DNA from: Guillardia theta CCMP2712
Taxonomy: Eukaryota; Protista; Cryptophyta
NCBI RefSeq assembly: GCF_000315625.1
Contig: NW_005434669.1
Coordinates: 629,583 to 693,582, forward strand
DNA length: 64,000 nt
Direction of reading: 5' to 3'
Both the position numbers and the translations under genes were made by a program. The notes beneath the pieces were generated by a model. That model saw only the letters and a list, made by a program, of their open reading frames with translations, did not search any database and was not told the DNA's origin. This document shows positions 24,031 through 37,098 of the stretch, piece by piece. Every line of letters starts with the position of its first letter. Position 1 is the stretch's first letter.

Positions 24031-24900
24031 TCATAAATACACAAGTGAGTACATAAAAGATCGCTTAGAATTCTTTTCAAATTTTGATAGGACTTCCATA
24101 ATCTCACTTTCCAAGTCCGCCGCAGATTCCAACTGCGCAAAGCAAAACAATCAAACTCATGCGCGTGGCAAGGATTGTGTACCATTCTACAGAGCTGGCA
24201 AGTGTCTTGCGCAGCAATCACAGCTTCTTCATGTTTGTCAATAGTCTCGAGGTTGATAACATGCATTGCCCTCATATTCTCACTTTCTCGTCCTTGCAAG
24301 TCTGCCATGAAATAAGATTGATAGAAAAAAGGTTAATTCGAGGGCAACAGTAATCGTTGCTAAAGAGCACCTTGCAGAACTGCGTCGAATACTCGCTCTT
24401 CGTAGGTCAGAACGACGTCAAGCTTTCGGTTTTGATCCATGTCCTGGGCTCTACTTAAAAACGTGGTCCAGCTTCAGTGTCACTGAAATACCTGCCACCG
24501 CTCGGGCGCTCGTTTTACATTGACGTTTCTTTGAAGCATTGCGATCAGACCGTTGTTTCTATACAGGTTTTCATCCTTTCTTTGCAAATCAACCAATATT
24601 TCAGCATAGGGCGTTCCAAACTCGTATACATTAGGCTTGTCCTTTTCATGACATTGCGTTAGCCTCTTATCAACCAAACTCCTGTGTTCGTTACCTGGGA
24701 AGGCCCAGGGAGACGCACATTTGTTCCTGTTCCGAAGGATGTGACATTAAAACCTGAATGAAGCAACTGTTTGTGCGCCTCCATACTCCTAGAAGGGCAG
24801 TGATTCTCACAGAGTGGGAAGGAACATCTCTGCTTCGTCACCTGTTCATGTTCGATGAACATACCGTCGCGAAGTTCAAACGTTTTTTTTCAGCGACCAT
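24031..24900 (-). CDS. SSU72: Ssu72 RNA polymerase II CTD phosphatase
   Basis: [11 protein letters not shown]|SMEAH (CX5R), [34 protein letters not shown]...[34 protein letters not shown]. Confidence 0.95.
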
Positions 24901-25359
24901 CCTTCCGCGAAGAACCTGACGCTAACACCGGGTACATCAGAGGAAGCGACCCAGAGTGATGTGGGTGAAGCCGTCGTTAATGCATTCAAACAGATCAGAA
25001 CCGCACGGACAACATTCGGGCAATAAATTGATCAGAGGGACGCTCGTCATGGGAAGAACAAGTCGAAGACACAAGGATGCGTCCAGACAAGACAGCACTC
25101 TTTCAAGCTTCATAAATCAAGAAAGGAAAACAAGCGGAAACACTTAAAATGTCTTTCTAACAATGATTCTTCTGGATCAACATTGCTCTTTCTACTCTTA
25201 TCGTTTGAATGTCATCTCATCTCTGACCAACGAGTCGCTGATAGCGCACACCATCACAAGTTCCTCATGGAGTCCTCTGTCCTCTCTCAATCGCTCTCGG
25301 GCCGTTCCCTGTCATTTCCCTCTCCTCTGATTCACAACATGCCTCCTGCCATCTCAGAC

Positions 25360-26040
25360 TCTCTTCTCTTGACGTCTCTTCTCTTCTCTTGACGTCTCGT
25401 CTCTTCTCCTCTCTTGACGTCCCTTCTCTTCTCTTCTCTTCTCTTCTCGTGACGTCTCTTCTCTTCTCCTCTCCTCTCTTCTCCTCTCCTCTCCTCTCCT
25501 CTCCTCTCCTCTCTTCTCTTGACGTCTCTTCTCTTCTCCTCTCCTCTCCTCTCCTCTCTTCTCCTCTCTTCTCTTCTCTTCTCTTGACGTCTCTTCTCTT
25601 CTCTTGACGTCTCTTCTCTTCTCTTCTCTTCTCTTCTCCTCTCCTCTCCTCTCTTCTCTTCTCTTCTCTTGACGTCTCTTCTCTTCTCTTGACGTCTCTT
25701 CTCTTCTCTTGGCGTCTCTTCTCCTCTCCTCTCCTCTCCTCTCTTCTCCTCTCCTCTCCTCTCTTCTCTCCTCTCCTCTCTTCTCCTCTCTTCTCTTCTC
25801 TTCTCTTGACTTCTCTTCTCGTCTCTTCTCTTCTCTTGACGTCTCTTCTCTTCCCTTGACGCCTCCTCTGTTCTGTTCTGTTCTGTTCTGTTCTGTTCTG
25901 TTCTGTTCTGTTCTGTTCTGTTCTGTTCTCTGCTCTGCTCTGCTCTTCTCTTCTCTTCTCTTCTCTTCTCTTCTCTGCTCTTCTCTGCTCTGCTCTTCTC
26001 TTCTCTTCTCTTGACTTCTCTTCTCTTCTTCTCTTCTTGC
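25360..26040 (+). repeat. Compound pyrimidine microsatellite (TCTTC/TCTCC/TCTGT pentamers interrupted by TTGACG)
   Basis: Directly visible. The overlapping REEKR/SSLL ORFs are artefacts of it. Confidence 0.95.
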
Positions 26041-27357
26041 CTTTTCTGCCTGTCCTGCTCCCTTGCGCATATCGCACTTGAACAAGCTGCTTCACCCCAG
26101 AATGAGTTACCACCAGGGGTGTATTGAATGCAAATACCTGGGGTATTGAATGGTAGGTATTAGGAGGGGTGCTTGAACTAGGGGCTGCGATGTTTTCAAG
26201 TACCGGTGATTATCCCATTGAATGGAGGGGTGGAGTCGATGGTGAGACACACGGCAGGAGGCTGCGGGGGTGGGAAATTGTGACTTGCGAGATTTGAAAG
26301 ATGGTGGGGTAGTCCGAAAATCGCGGTGCTACAGGCAGGGTGGGGTGGGAGGTGTGAGGGGTTGTATCAGGTAAAGGTGGGTAGTTGAAGGGAATAAATG
26401 GGGGTGGGGTACTCCTTCGCAGGTTTGACGTGAGCCGGGTGTGGATATGCAGGGGAATCTCGAGATTCTCAAAGAATGGAATGTGATGAGCGAGTTTTCA
26501 AATATGAACTTACTGGTTCAAATTTTGATTCGTTGGATTAGGAATTAAAATGAAAAGTGGTTGATACCGGGGTAGGGTGTGTTGATGAGTGGGGTGATTT
26601 TTCGCTTCAGTAGGGTGGTGTGGTGGGAAGGTGGGGTGGGTGCTCATATTGGGTCAGTCTGGGGTCCCCTCTTTTGTTTGGGTGTTATGGAGGGTGCAGG
26701 GGTCAATGTGTACTAGCAATGGGGGGTGATACGAGGTTATGGAGGGGGTAGGGGGTGATCTAGGGCATCAGAATCCCCGGGGTGGTGTGAGCAAAGTGGG
26801 GTGGGGGTAGTAGAAGGGAAGCGAGATGGTACCAGCAATGAAGCATGGCTAAGGTGAGAAAGATGCAGCCGCTGATTGCAACTTCATCCTTATCCTCCTC
26901 CTCCTTGATTCGTCTCTATGGCAACTTCGATGTCAAGACAATCTCTCGCTTCCTCTCGTAAACGGAGACCGGGTCTTGCTTGCTTGTGCTTGCAGGGGTG
27001 CATGTGTCCATTCCTTCCTAGGGTGAATTATGCTTGTGCCTGATCCTCTCACACTCCCGGCTACCTGGGTTGACCACCTATGTCTTCACGCGGTTGCTTC
27101 ACATCTACTCCGTCATTCTGCTTTAGAGCTTCATTCCCCTCTTGTAGATTTATTTCCACATGACGAGTGATGACATTTTTCATGAGTAGTATTTTTTAAA
27201 TGGCAATGCGAACTGCGATGTTGCAATGCGAACTGCGATGTTGGTAACCTGCTTTGAATCTTTTCCTGCAGTTCGAGTTTGTTTCAGAGGATTATTCTGC
27301 CATTCAAGAAATGCATCGTAGATGTATGAGTGAGAATCCGCGTGCTCACAAGATGGC

Positions 27358-30300
27358 ATGAAACAGAAGGCCACTCACAACGGGAACTTGCCTATGGCTC
27401 TTCGAAGATCAGCTTCGGATGATCCGCTGCATGGGCAAGAAGCATGTGGCGGTAATGATATGGCATACAACATACCGCGAACGGAATCAAATTGCATCGA
27501 ATACAACATGGTTCAATTCAGATATTACAAGAGCTTCTTGCCAAAAGCAGCCATCGCAAAGGTCTTGAGATCGACAAAAACGGTTTAAGATTCTTATCTT
27601 TGTTTATGATGAGAATGACTAATTGGTTCCTCCATCCAGGATGGTCCTGTCAATCAAGCAAAAACTGGGTCCACGGATTCAGCAATGGTGAAGACTTGTC
27701 TTGACTTTGCTTCCGAGCTCATTTGATATTCCAGGGATTGGATGCAGAGTTGAGAGATGCTGTTGTTTTGCTCGTTGACATTTCGGTTGGTATTGGCTCA
27801 AACTTGTCGAGCAGAAATGACACGATCTTTGGTTTTCCAGGGTTTTACCCGACTCTCTGATCGATTTCAAAGCTTTGGACAAGAAGGAATTGATCAACTT
27901 ACGTCAACAATCAACCATATGTTTAGTTCGATCATCGATCGAGTGCAGTCATATTCAGGAGATATTATCAAGTTTGCTGGAGATGCCTTGATTGTGATTT
28001 GGGAGTGCACCGAAAGTACGCAAGCACAGGTACTTGTGAAAGCAAACTTGATCACATTTAATTTCGATTTCGAAAGACAATTGAAAAAGCCATCAATTGT
28101 GCCATTTCGCTAGAACGCCATGGTGTTTTTAAGGTTGGTGATTTTCCTTGTTATGTATCCAATCCGCGCTGATTGTCCGCCATTTTCTAGGTTCACATGC
28201 CAGATTCAAAAACCTTGGAGTTTGCCGATCAACTTGCTCGTCACTTTGCGCCAGCTGCCAACTTATCTGAAGAGCTATCTGGGAATCACAATTTTGCCGA
28301 AACGAAGATGGAAAATTTTGAAGATGATGGTGACGAATGGTTGTCATCTGCTGCACAACTACAAAAACTGGAAATTCGTCGACGTTTGAGAGCAGTCCCT
28401 TGGTTTAAGGTATTGCATATCTCAAAAGTTCCTTTGAGTGATTTGTGTACCTAGGCTCTTGACAACGAAGAAATCATCAGACTTGCTGAGAAATGCGAAT
28501 TGATCAATTATGCAGAGGGGGAATTAATCATGCAGCAAGGGGATGAGGGTGACTCGATGATGATAGTTCATTCTGGAATAGTTTCTGTCTACAAGAGAGA
28601 AGATTCTACCCCTTCAGATTCATCTTCTGGAAGCATGGGGTTCGGCAAGGAGATAGCATCGCGAGAGGAGGGTGAGATGATCGGAGAAGTCTCTCTCTTA
28701 TCTGGAGAGCGGAGGATGGCTTCGATCGTGGCGGCAACTAATTGTGCAATGCTTGTCGTAAGTCGTGAAGCACTATTTCCTTTCATGCAACGAAAGCCCG
28801 AATTGAAATCTTCGATTCTGGAAGTGATGAATTTCAGGCTCTCGGGAAAGGAGATGAAGTTTCCATCATGCGTAACTTTGAGACTGCATCAAGCCATCAG
28901 CTTTGGTCAGGTTTGGTTTGCCCATGTTGGTGGGGCAGAGCTGGATCCTCACAGTGGTGAGAGAAAAGAATTTTTGGTCATCGGGAAGGCTCTGAACGAG
29001 GCAGCATTAGCTTTGGGTGAAGCAGATATTGGATCCATAATTGTACATGCTTCTGCTTGGAATTTTGTTTGTGAACAATTCGACGGCGACAAGACATTGA
29101 CGGGAAATTTTGAGCTCAAATTCAAAAATAGCCCAGACGACTCAATTGAGGGTGAAAGTGAGGATATCGATTTTGAAAGAATTGATTTGCCTGCTGAAAA
29201 AGTTTCCAACTCTTGCAGTCATGTCCCTGATTTGAAAAGGTACTGTCATGAAGGTGCCCGGGATCTTCAAGACATTGCTCATTTGGCAGGAGATGTGCGC
29301 CGGATGACTGTGCTTTTTGTTCGACTGCATCTGGAAGACCTAGATAACCCCTGCTTGCATACCATACAGCGAATTCATTCTTCGTTACTTGCTATCCAAA
29401 AAGCTACTTACGAGAGGAAGGGCACTCTACGTCAATTTTTGCAAGACGACAAAGGTGTGCTGGCTATCTGTGTAATGGGAATGCCACCTTTCAATCCGCA
29501 TACGAATGACCCTTTGCGTGCTGTTTTGACTGCGATCGAGATAAGGAAGAAATTAATGGAAATGAAGATTGCAACAAGCATTGGCATAACTTCAGGCAAA
29601 GCGTATTCAGGATTCGTCGGGAGCTCATCTCGCAGGGAAATGTGCGCCATGGGGAGCATGGTTAACATGGCAGCGCGCCTGATGTGCAAAGCTGTCGAAC
29701 ATGAAATCTTTGTTGATTTGGAAACAAAAGATTCGTCATGCTTGTTTGTAGACTTTCAAACCATGGAGCCGTTAAAGGTGAAAGGCAGAGATGAACCCAT
29801 TGAAGTGTACAGAGTATCATCTCAGTTACCCAAAGATGAAATTTTGGACAGAGTTCAACACTTTGTGAAGAATTACCTTGAAGTAGATTCTATTCCAATT
29901 GCACTACAGTCTTACTTGTTGGAACTTGTATCTGCCGGAGAATGCTCATGCTTGTTTGTGAAGAACGTGTGTAACAACCTGATCCGTGAAGGGCACATAC
30001 AGAAGGGGGAAAATGGCACAATCCTGTATTGTGATAATTTGAATGGTCTTGAATGTGGATTGACAAAGCTTGAGGCCATACAGCGTGGTGAGCTCAATAT
30101 GTTACTCTACCTGCAAGTTTTGATCAAGGTCTTGTGTTTCCTGTCTCATGACTCCTTTTTCAATTTGTCCCTGGCCAGAAACGTATATTGTGCAACCTTT
30201 CCCACCTTCGGGCAACATTTTGACAAAGGCATTAAAGAATTGATTGAGATGGGTGTACTAAGTTTTGCAGAGGAGAAGGATTTCGAAACGCTGTTTTCAA

Positions 30301-32399
30301 ATGAACGGTGCAAGTGCAATACCTGCTCAGCTTGGACAAAAAGGAAGCAAGGTTTGCAGTGCTCAATCCACGTTCAGCTATTTGCTGTTTCTGGAGTCAG
30401 CATGGAGGACTTTATTCGAATCGACAAAAACATCGTGCCATCAAACAACATCATTTCTAAGAGGAAGGTGTCGGAGATCGAAGAAGATTCAGTTGGTATT
30501 GAGGAATGCAAGGCACAGATTTTGGAAGAAAATGATACGGAGATGAAAGATGTAGAGTTAGTGACATCCAGGTATGTTGCTTCCAACATCATGAAAATTA
30601 TTGTGCCTGGTCTGGTTGACAACATCCTGAAACAACTTCTCCGAACGTACTTGCACGTATGGCATCGGATAATTGCAGAATATTATGAGCATGCCTTGCG
30701 GAAAGATGTCAAATCTTCCTTTCTGATTTTAGCCTATTTTTGGACACATGCTTGTGACCATAACATGGTGGAACCAGAAACTGTCTTGAAGGCTATGCAC
30801 TATACCCTCAAGGCCGCTAAATTCGCTGTGGAAAACCTTGCCTTTGGTGCAGCATTAGAAATGCTTCAACGAGCGTGTCGAATGACAAATAGTCTGGCAA
30901 GCATGCAGTCAATCATCGATTACAAGGTCGGTCTGCTTCTGGAAATGGCTCCTCTCACGCTACTTGTCTATGGTCACGGGAGTAGTGAATCGATTGCAGC
31001 ATATCATGGTTTGCGGCATGTCATCAAGAGCGCGACGCTCGATGATCAGGCGGTCGTCATCCTGGCAGGTGTATGCGCCAACCTGTTTGCCAGACAGCTG
31101 TTTGAATCTGGGAAAAAGATTGCTGTATGCATGTTTCGGAATGGCCTCAAGATTTCAAATTTTCACAAAGAGGTTGGATTATGTTTTATGATTCAAGCGT
31201 TGCACAGTCTTGGGGATTTTGCTGGTGTATTAAGGTACATGAATGATCTGTACGGGCACTACCAGGAACATGTTACACAGGAAACCGAAATCCCGATGAT
31301 AAATGGTGTACTTTTGACCATTGTCAACTTGTCCAAGTGGCCAACTGCATTGCTGATATCTGGAGAAATCGATCAGGCAGAGGAAAAGTTCAAGGAAATC
31401 ATGCAACTGATAGAAACTATCGATCACCCGCCTACTATTTGTCAGATGTTCTGTAATTTGATATCGGACTATTTCACGTTGAATGGAGATTACCATCGTT
31501 GTCGGGACTTGTCTAACAGGGCTCTAATACTTGCGCAGAGGTATGATTTAGGTCAGTGCAAAGACATAGCAGAACGAGCACTGGCCTGGGCAATCTCATC
31601 GCTGAGTAGAAGCGAATCAACTGGGGACGAGCTGCTGCATCAACGAAGCCCAATGGAAAGCGGTGAAGCTGGTGGATACCAGACTGCACCTTCGAACTCG
31701 GATCACGGACCTCAGCAGCCTGTCAAGCGCATACCAATTCGTTCAGACTTCATGACGGGGGAGAGGTATGAATCGATCCTGGGGGTATACGTGGCAGCTC
31801 TCAAGAGCGAATGGAAGAACGTGAAGCACATGGTCGACTCAAGCATGCAAACCGTGGAGCGATCGGGAACCTACTTATTCTCTGAGTACTTGAGAGTGCG
31901 GAATATGGCGATGCTGTCGCTGGCACAAGAAAACATTGCAGACAACGAGATATGGGTGAACTACATCAAAGGAATTCGCCTCGACTATCAAAGATGCCAG
32001 ACAATCTGTGCCTCCAAAGGCCTCGTGTTTCTTGCGCTCCTGGCAGCTCTTGATTGGTTTGAGCTAGAGCTACTCGAGTTAGAACATACCAGGAAGGTTG
32101 ATGACGCTCTACATAAGGTGTGCAAGGACACAAGAAGCGTGCTTCGAATGGTGAAAGGAGGAAGCAGCTTCCCGCTGATCACTCATGCCAACTATCTTCT
32201 CCGGGAGTACGAGAACATTCTCATTGAATTCGCAGACGCTGCGATCAGTCCAGGTGACTCGGACTACAAGGGCAACTACGAGGACGCATGGATCACCTCG
32301 ACGTTGGTGGATCAGAAGAGAGACTCACAGACGAGCCTCATGTCGGAAGAAAGCTTGTTGGACCTCCTCAACGACAACATCTTTGACGCCTCCTTATGA
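27358..32399 (+). CDS. Soluble adenylyl cyclase (ADCY10/sAC-like) with tandem class III domains, inserted cNMP-binding domain and C-terminal helical/TPR-like region
   Basis: C1: VVLLVDIS|GFTRL, IIKFAGDAL, AINCAISL...LRLHQAISFG...EFLVIG. cNMP domain: IMQQGDEGDSMMIVHSG...GEVSLLSGERRMASI. C2: MTVLFV, QFLQDDKG, IGITSG, REMCAMGSMVNMAARL, LKVKGRDEPIEVY. Confidence 0.92.
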
Positions 32400-32462
32400 T
32401 CGTCGCACTTCACTGTATAATTCTCGTTGCTGTATGTAAATTATGGAGTATGGGTGCACCTT

Positions 32463-33527
32463 CTAGTGGTGGTAGATACTTTCCTTGACAGGCAGCTTGA
32501 TGTCGTACAGCCAAGCAACCGTCCTCAATCCGAACCCAACCACGAACCCGCTCGCTGCTCGCACATACATGGGCATCCCCATCATACGAGCCGCCACGTA
32601 GGCGCCTCCTCCGCAGAAGGCTGTGGTGGCATAGAGCTCTGCATGCGAGTGAAGGATCCTGACTGGTCGATGCGTCAGGACGTCTCTTGTCAGCCCCCCA
32701 AAGGTCGACGTGATCATCCCGCAGAGGGCGGAGAGGAAGGGAGAGAGACCTGCCCGCACTCCGTTCATGGCGCCGATACAGCAGAAGACGCCGATGCCGC
32801 AAGAGTCAAGCCAGAAGATCCACGTGTCTTCCTGGCTGAGCTTGAGTTGCTGGGCAGCATGATTCCACCAGAAGAAAGTCATGACCGACGACAAGATGGA
32901 GATCCAAAGGTACTCCTGCTCGTCCATCCAAAACGCTCTCTTTGATTTCCCGTTCTCGTGCCCCAACAGCATGTCCCTTATCGTTCCTCCTCCGACTGCC
33001 GTGATGGTACCTATTACGACACAACCCAACAAGTCCATCCCTGATGACGCCGCTGTCAACGTTCCCGTCATGGCGAATGTCGCCGTACCCAGATAGTCGC
33101 CAGCTCGTAGAATCCCCCCGACTGAGAGCTCAGGGTACCTCGACAAGCGATCTTCCAGGTGGTTCTTGCCCGCAGCCTCACCGGAGGGTTTCGAGCTCAT
33201 GGCCCTTGCATGGCAGGAAGCGATCGATACAGCCCAAGCAGACGCTCCTCTGACTTTCTGCAGGCTGTATGTCCCGTGAATGCGAGCATGCATGTTTCTT
33301 TCCTGCAGCAGCGACGTGCACGTGCGTCCCGGGACAAGCGAAGGAGTTTTAAATGGGCAACGAGTCTGCAAGCCTCGGGGGAGGAGGGAGGAGGGAAGAA
33401 CAGAGCGAGAGAGAAGAGGAGAGAAGAGAAGAGAAGAGAAGCTGACGGGAACAGCGTCGCTCATCTTCATCCCCTTCTCCCCCAGCATCGTCGCTGTCCT
33501 CACTGCACTTCGCCAACCCCCTAGCAT
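32463..33527 (-). CDS. Prokaryotic-type TRIC channel family protein (UPF0126/YadS-like) with N-terminal extension
   Basis: Duplicated repeats DYLGTATFAMTG...AVGGGTIRDMLLG and DSCGIGVF...STFGGLTRDVLT...ILHSHAELYATTA. Confidence 0.9.
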   Translation of the reverse strand: MLGGWRSAVRTATMLGEKGMKMSDAVPVSFSSLLFSPLLSRSVLPSSLLPRGLQTRCPFKTPSLVPGRTCTSLLQERNMHARIHGTYSLQKVRGASAWAVSIASCHARAMSSKPSGEAAGKNHLEDRLSRYPELSVGGILRAGDYLGTATFAMTGTLTAASSGMDLLGCVVIGTITAVGGGTIRDMLLGHENGKSKRAFWMDEQEYLWISILSSVMTFFWWNHAAQQLKLSQEDTWIFWLDSCGIGVFCCIGAMNGVRAGLSPFLSALCGMITSTFGGLTRDVLTHRPVRILHSHAELYATTAFCGGGAYVAARMMGMPMYVRAASGFVVGFGLRTVAWLYDIKLPVKESIYHH

Positions 33528-33621
33528 TGCGAATCCTGCAAGCAACGTAACGGATAATCAACGGACACGCTTGGAGCGGCGGCGGGCCCGCCCATTGCGT
33601 GAACTTGCCAGTCCGGCGGAG

Positions 33622-36195
33622 TCAGCTGGGGAAGTTGGAGAGGTTCACTGAAAGACGAGAAGTGCCTGGGCTACTAGCGAGACTAGGGGATTCTTGTCTC
33701 AGAAGTCCAGTGAGGGCGAGCCGAAGGAGGGGAAAGCTGCAGCGCAAGGTGAGAAGAGCCGGGAGGGGAAGGAGGAGCACGCATACAGTCTCTGCCATCA
33801 GTCCGATCTCAATGTTTGGACTTCTACTTGTCCTCATGGTCTGAGAAAACAGTCAAGACAGGCACGGAAATCACTTAANNNNNNNNNNNNNNNNNNNNNN
33901 NNNNNNNNNNNNNNNNNNNNNNNNNNNNNNNNNNNNNNNNNNNNNNNNNNNNNNNNNNNNNNNNNNNNNNNNNNNNNNCTCTACCCCCCCCCCCCCCCCC
34001 CCCCCCCCCCGCCTCCCCCAGCTCCTCTTCCTCCATTTTCTCAGCTCACGTTCTCTTGCGCCTTCTTCAGCGACATCTTGTACGCTATCTGCTCCTCTAG
34101 GCCAGACTTGAGCAGCTGGGGAGCAGCTCAGCTGGCAAGACGAGACGAAGCGGCCTGACCTTCTGCTTTTCTCTCCGAACCTTGACGATAACTTCCTTGT
34201 CTTTCTCGTTGGCCCCGATCTGCACAACCTCGACGAAGAGTACAGAAGAGGGGTAGGGGAAGGTGGAGGGGGCAAGGAGGTTGACAGGGAGGGAGAAGAG
34301 AAGGTGGCAGGAGAGGAAGAGGATAGGGGGGAAGGGGAGGGAGCGATAGAAACGAGATGTCAGCTAATCATCATCCCTTCTGGGAGCGCGTCACCTTGCA
34401 GAAGAAGGGAGTCGCCGTGGGGATTTTGAGGCGAGCCTGCTTCTCCTTCTTTCTGCCGCTGACTGTGAGGCCTGAGAGGAGGAGGAGGAGCGAAAACCTC
34501 TCAAGGCGTCGCTGCTCCATGATATCCAGCAGCTCTTTCGTCAGCTCTCGTTTTACCTTCACCCGATCCTCTTCCCTGTGCTTGAACTTCTCCTTACGCA
34601 CCCACCTGAACTCCTTCCTCGACCACACGAACTGGTTGTCTTGTTGGAAGTAAGTTCACCAGCAGTTTGACTCTCAAAGCTCACGGTCGATAAACTCGTC
34701 GCTGCTCTTGGTCGCTGACATGTCGAGGTACTGACCCCCCCGTCCCTTCAAGTCTGCTTACGAGATCAGCAGGAGCTCAAGAGTACGTAAAAAACCTCTG
34801 GTAGAGCCCGGGCTGACTCCTAGCTGGGCGTCTACTGGACCAGTCCGCCGCTTCTCGTCAGCTTCAGCTGGGTCGTTAAGCCCGAGAGAGTCAAGGCGAT
34901 CTTTGACAACTTTCTTTTCTTCCAGCCCCACCGTCGCCCTGCCATCGTATCTCTTCAGCTCCGGGGCGAAGCAAGATAACGGACCTGTTCGCCAAGATGC
35001 TCATTTCCATCATCTTCCCGTCTGCCGCTGGATCGCCTAGTGAACACACGCTTTGAGAGGAGAACGGCAGTCTGCGACCAACCTGTTGCAGGCAATCTTG
35101 AGGGTGAGCTGGTCTCAGCTTCTGCCTTGCGGTGAGTGCGAACCCATACGATGCATGTCATTCACCTTTGCTTTGAGCAGTCGGAGAAGCGAAGTTTTCT
35201 ACCAACCAAAAGTCAGCCATCGCTTTCATCCTGTTTGCAGCGATGTCCCCATGACCTTTAGCTACGAGCGATGGTTGCCTGCTGAGATTTTCCTTCTCGT
35301 GTTCGTGCAGCTAGTTGGGTAAGACTCATGAAAGGAGATGCAAGACTCATCGAGGCTCAACCTTGTGCGAGACATGTGGAGGAGGTCGGAACTTGTTGTA
35401 CTTGGACAAGAAGTCGAAGGACAATTTTCTTCCTTCTGGGCCCGACTTGCAAATCAAATATCCAACCCCACAGTGCACTTTCAAATCCTCTCCGAGCTGC
35501 AACCAGAGTCTGAGCCCGAGCAGCTTTTCGATCCCGTCAAGAGTGAAATTCACCTGCACAGCTCGTTCCAGGCCGTAGAAGAGCTCCCTCAAACAAGAGT
35601 ACACCACGTCTTTGGTCAACGTGCTCGTGTACCGTATTGCTATCTTGTGGAAGTTGATGTCTTCGCACCTCTCCAACATCGAGTCTTCCTCTGCATGATT
35701 CTGAGACTCTCTCGCAGGTCGTGCCATGCAAGTTCGTTCAAAGCTTGGAGAACTTCGAAAAACAGGGCGGAGGATGACGTCACTGTTGCCGCTCTCTGAC
35801 AAGCTTGAGTCAACCGATTGATACAAGTGGAGGACCAACCTGGAGCCCAAGAAAGTCGCATCAGCTGCTGGATGTTTATCCCCCGGCCTGTGTAAGAGTC
35901 AGGCATACAATAGCGTACAAGAACGCTCACTGCCCACCTTGTTCCATCGTCTCGATTATCCAGTTGCAAAGAGCAGTCCAGACAGCCTTGTACAAGCGAA
36001 CATCGGTCTCTCCTATGCTGGGCAGGCTGGACTTGATCTGCAGTAACAGGTAATCTGAGAGGCAGCATGGAGGATGAGAAGTAGAGACCTTCCGTCGTGG
36101 GTTACGTGCGCACTCCATTGCAAGCGATGACTGCCAAGACAGGATGAGGATACTGCTAATACACGTCGCAGAAACATAACCTCAGTGAAAGTCAT
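33622..36195 (-). CDS. CCDC81-like protein (tandem eukaryotic HU-like domains plus charged C-terminus); spans an assembly gap
   Basis: AVWTALCNWIIETMEQ..GINIQ, RPVF..SPSF, INFHKIA...KDVVYSCLRELF...GVGYL resemble CCDC81 HU domains. Downstream short exons appear continuous. Confidence 0.55.
33879..33978. other. Assembly gap (100 N)
   Basis: Run of N. Confidence 1.
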
Positions 36196-37098
36196 GTTGC
36201 AGATGGAATAAGTCTCTGAGAAAAAAAATTCAACTGCAAGAGAACAAGAAATGTCTAAGATTCAAGCATATCTTGTGCCTAGATCTTATCAGCGAACTTT
36301 GCTTTGCTTTTATTGACCCTCTTCTTCCTCGCAATTTCAACATCTTTTGTGACTTGTGACTGACCGTGTCGTTATTCTCGTTTTATCAGGTTTCAATCCA
36401 ATCTGTCACACCCTACCGTCGCGATTGTCAGGAAATATCAAGAAATATGCTGCGTCGGTTCGATTCTCAACTCTCCTCTTGTTGTCCTTACAACATGACT
36501 AGCCATCTTCATCTCTTCACACCTTCCCCCCTCCTCCTCTTGCCGTCAATTGTCAGAGTCGCTCAACTGCCTGCCAAAAAAAGTTTGACTCACGGTTGAA
36601 GTCCACCCTACCCCCCAGCTAGATGACCGTACTCTATCCCGGTAAACCAGGGGGTCCGATCTGCCCCAGCGGCCGCCCGGTGTAGTGGGGGTCTGGAGAC
36701 TCAAAGGAACCTGACCGCCGGGCCCGGGCCCGGGCCCGGGCTGGGCGAAAAATAACGGAGGGTTGGGGGGTGGAAATAAAGAGGGGGGTATAGGTGGGGT
36801 GATGAGGGGGTACTCAACATTTGTAAGGGTGGGGGAGCCAAACATCCATTGGGTAGGATGAAATGGCTCTTGACAAGGCGAGAGTTAGAGGATGAAGAGA
36901 AAGGAGAAGAGAATGGGGAAGGGTGAAGAGAAGAAAGAGGTAGAGGGGGAGAGAGAGGGAGAGAGGAAGAGAGAGGTAGATGTGATCGCTGGAAGGTGGC
37001 CATGTTCCTCGCACGACCTCGCGCTCGGGTCCCGCTATCACATCGCACTTGCTTCAAGCTCTCGAAGATGACCCTTGTACTTTCCCTCATACCTGTCC

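Noticed and set aside
25370-25860. Many TGACGTC (CRE-like) words near a cyclase gene
   Set aside because: They are part of the amplified satellite unit; nothing supports a regulatory role.
25265-26113. Long REEKR-rich ORFs (282 and 243 aa)
   Set aside because: Translations of a pentamer microsatellite that is open in several frames.
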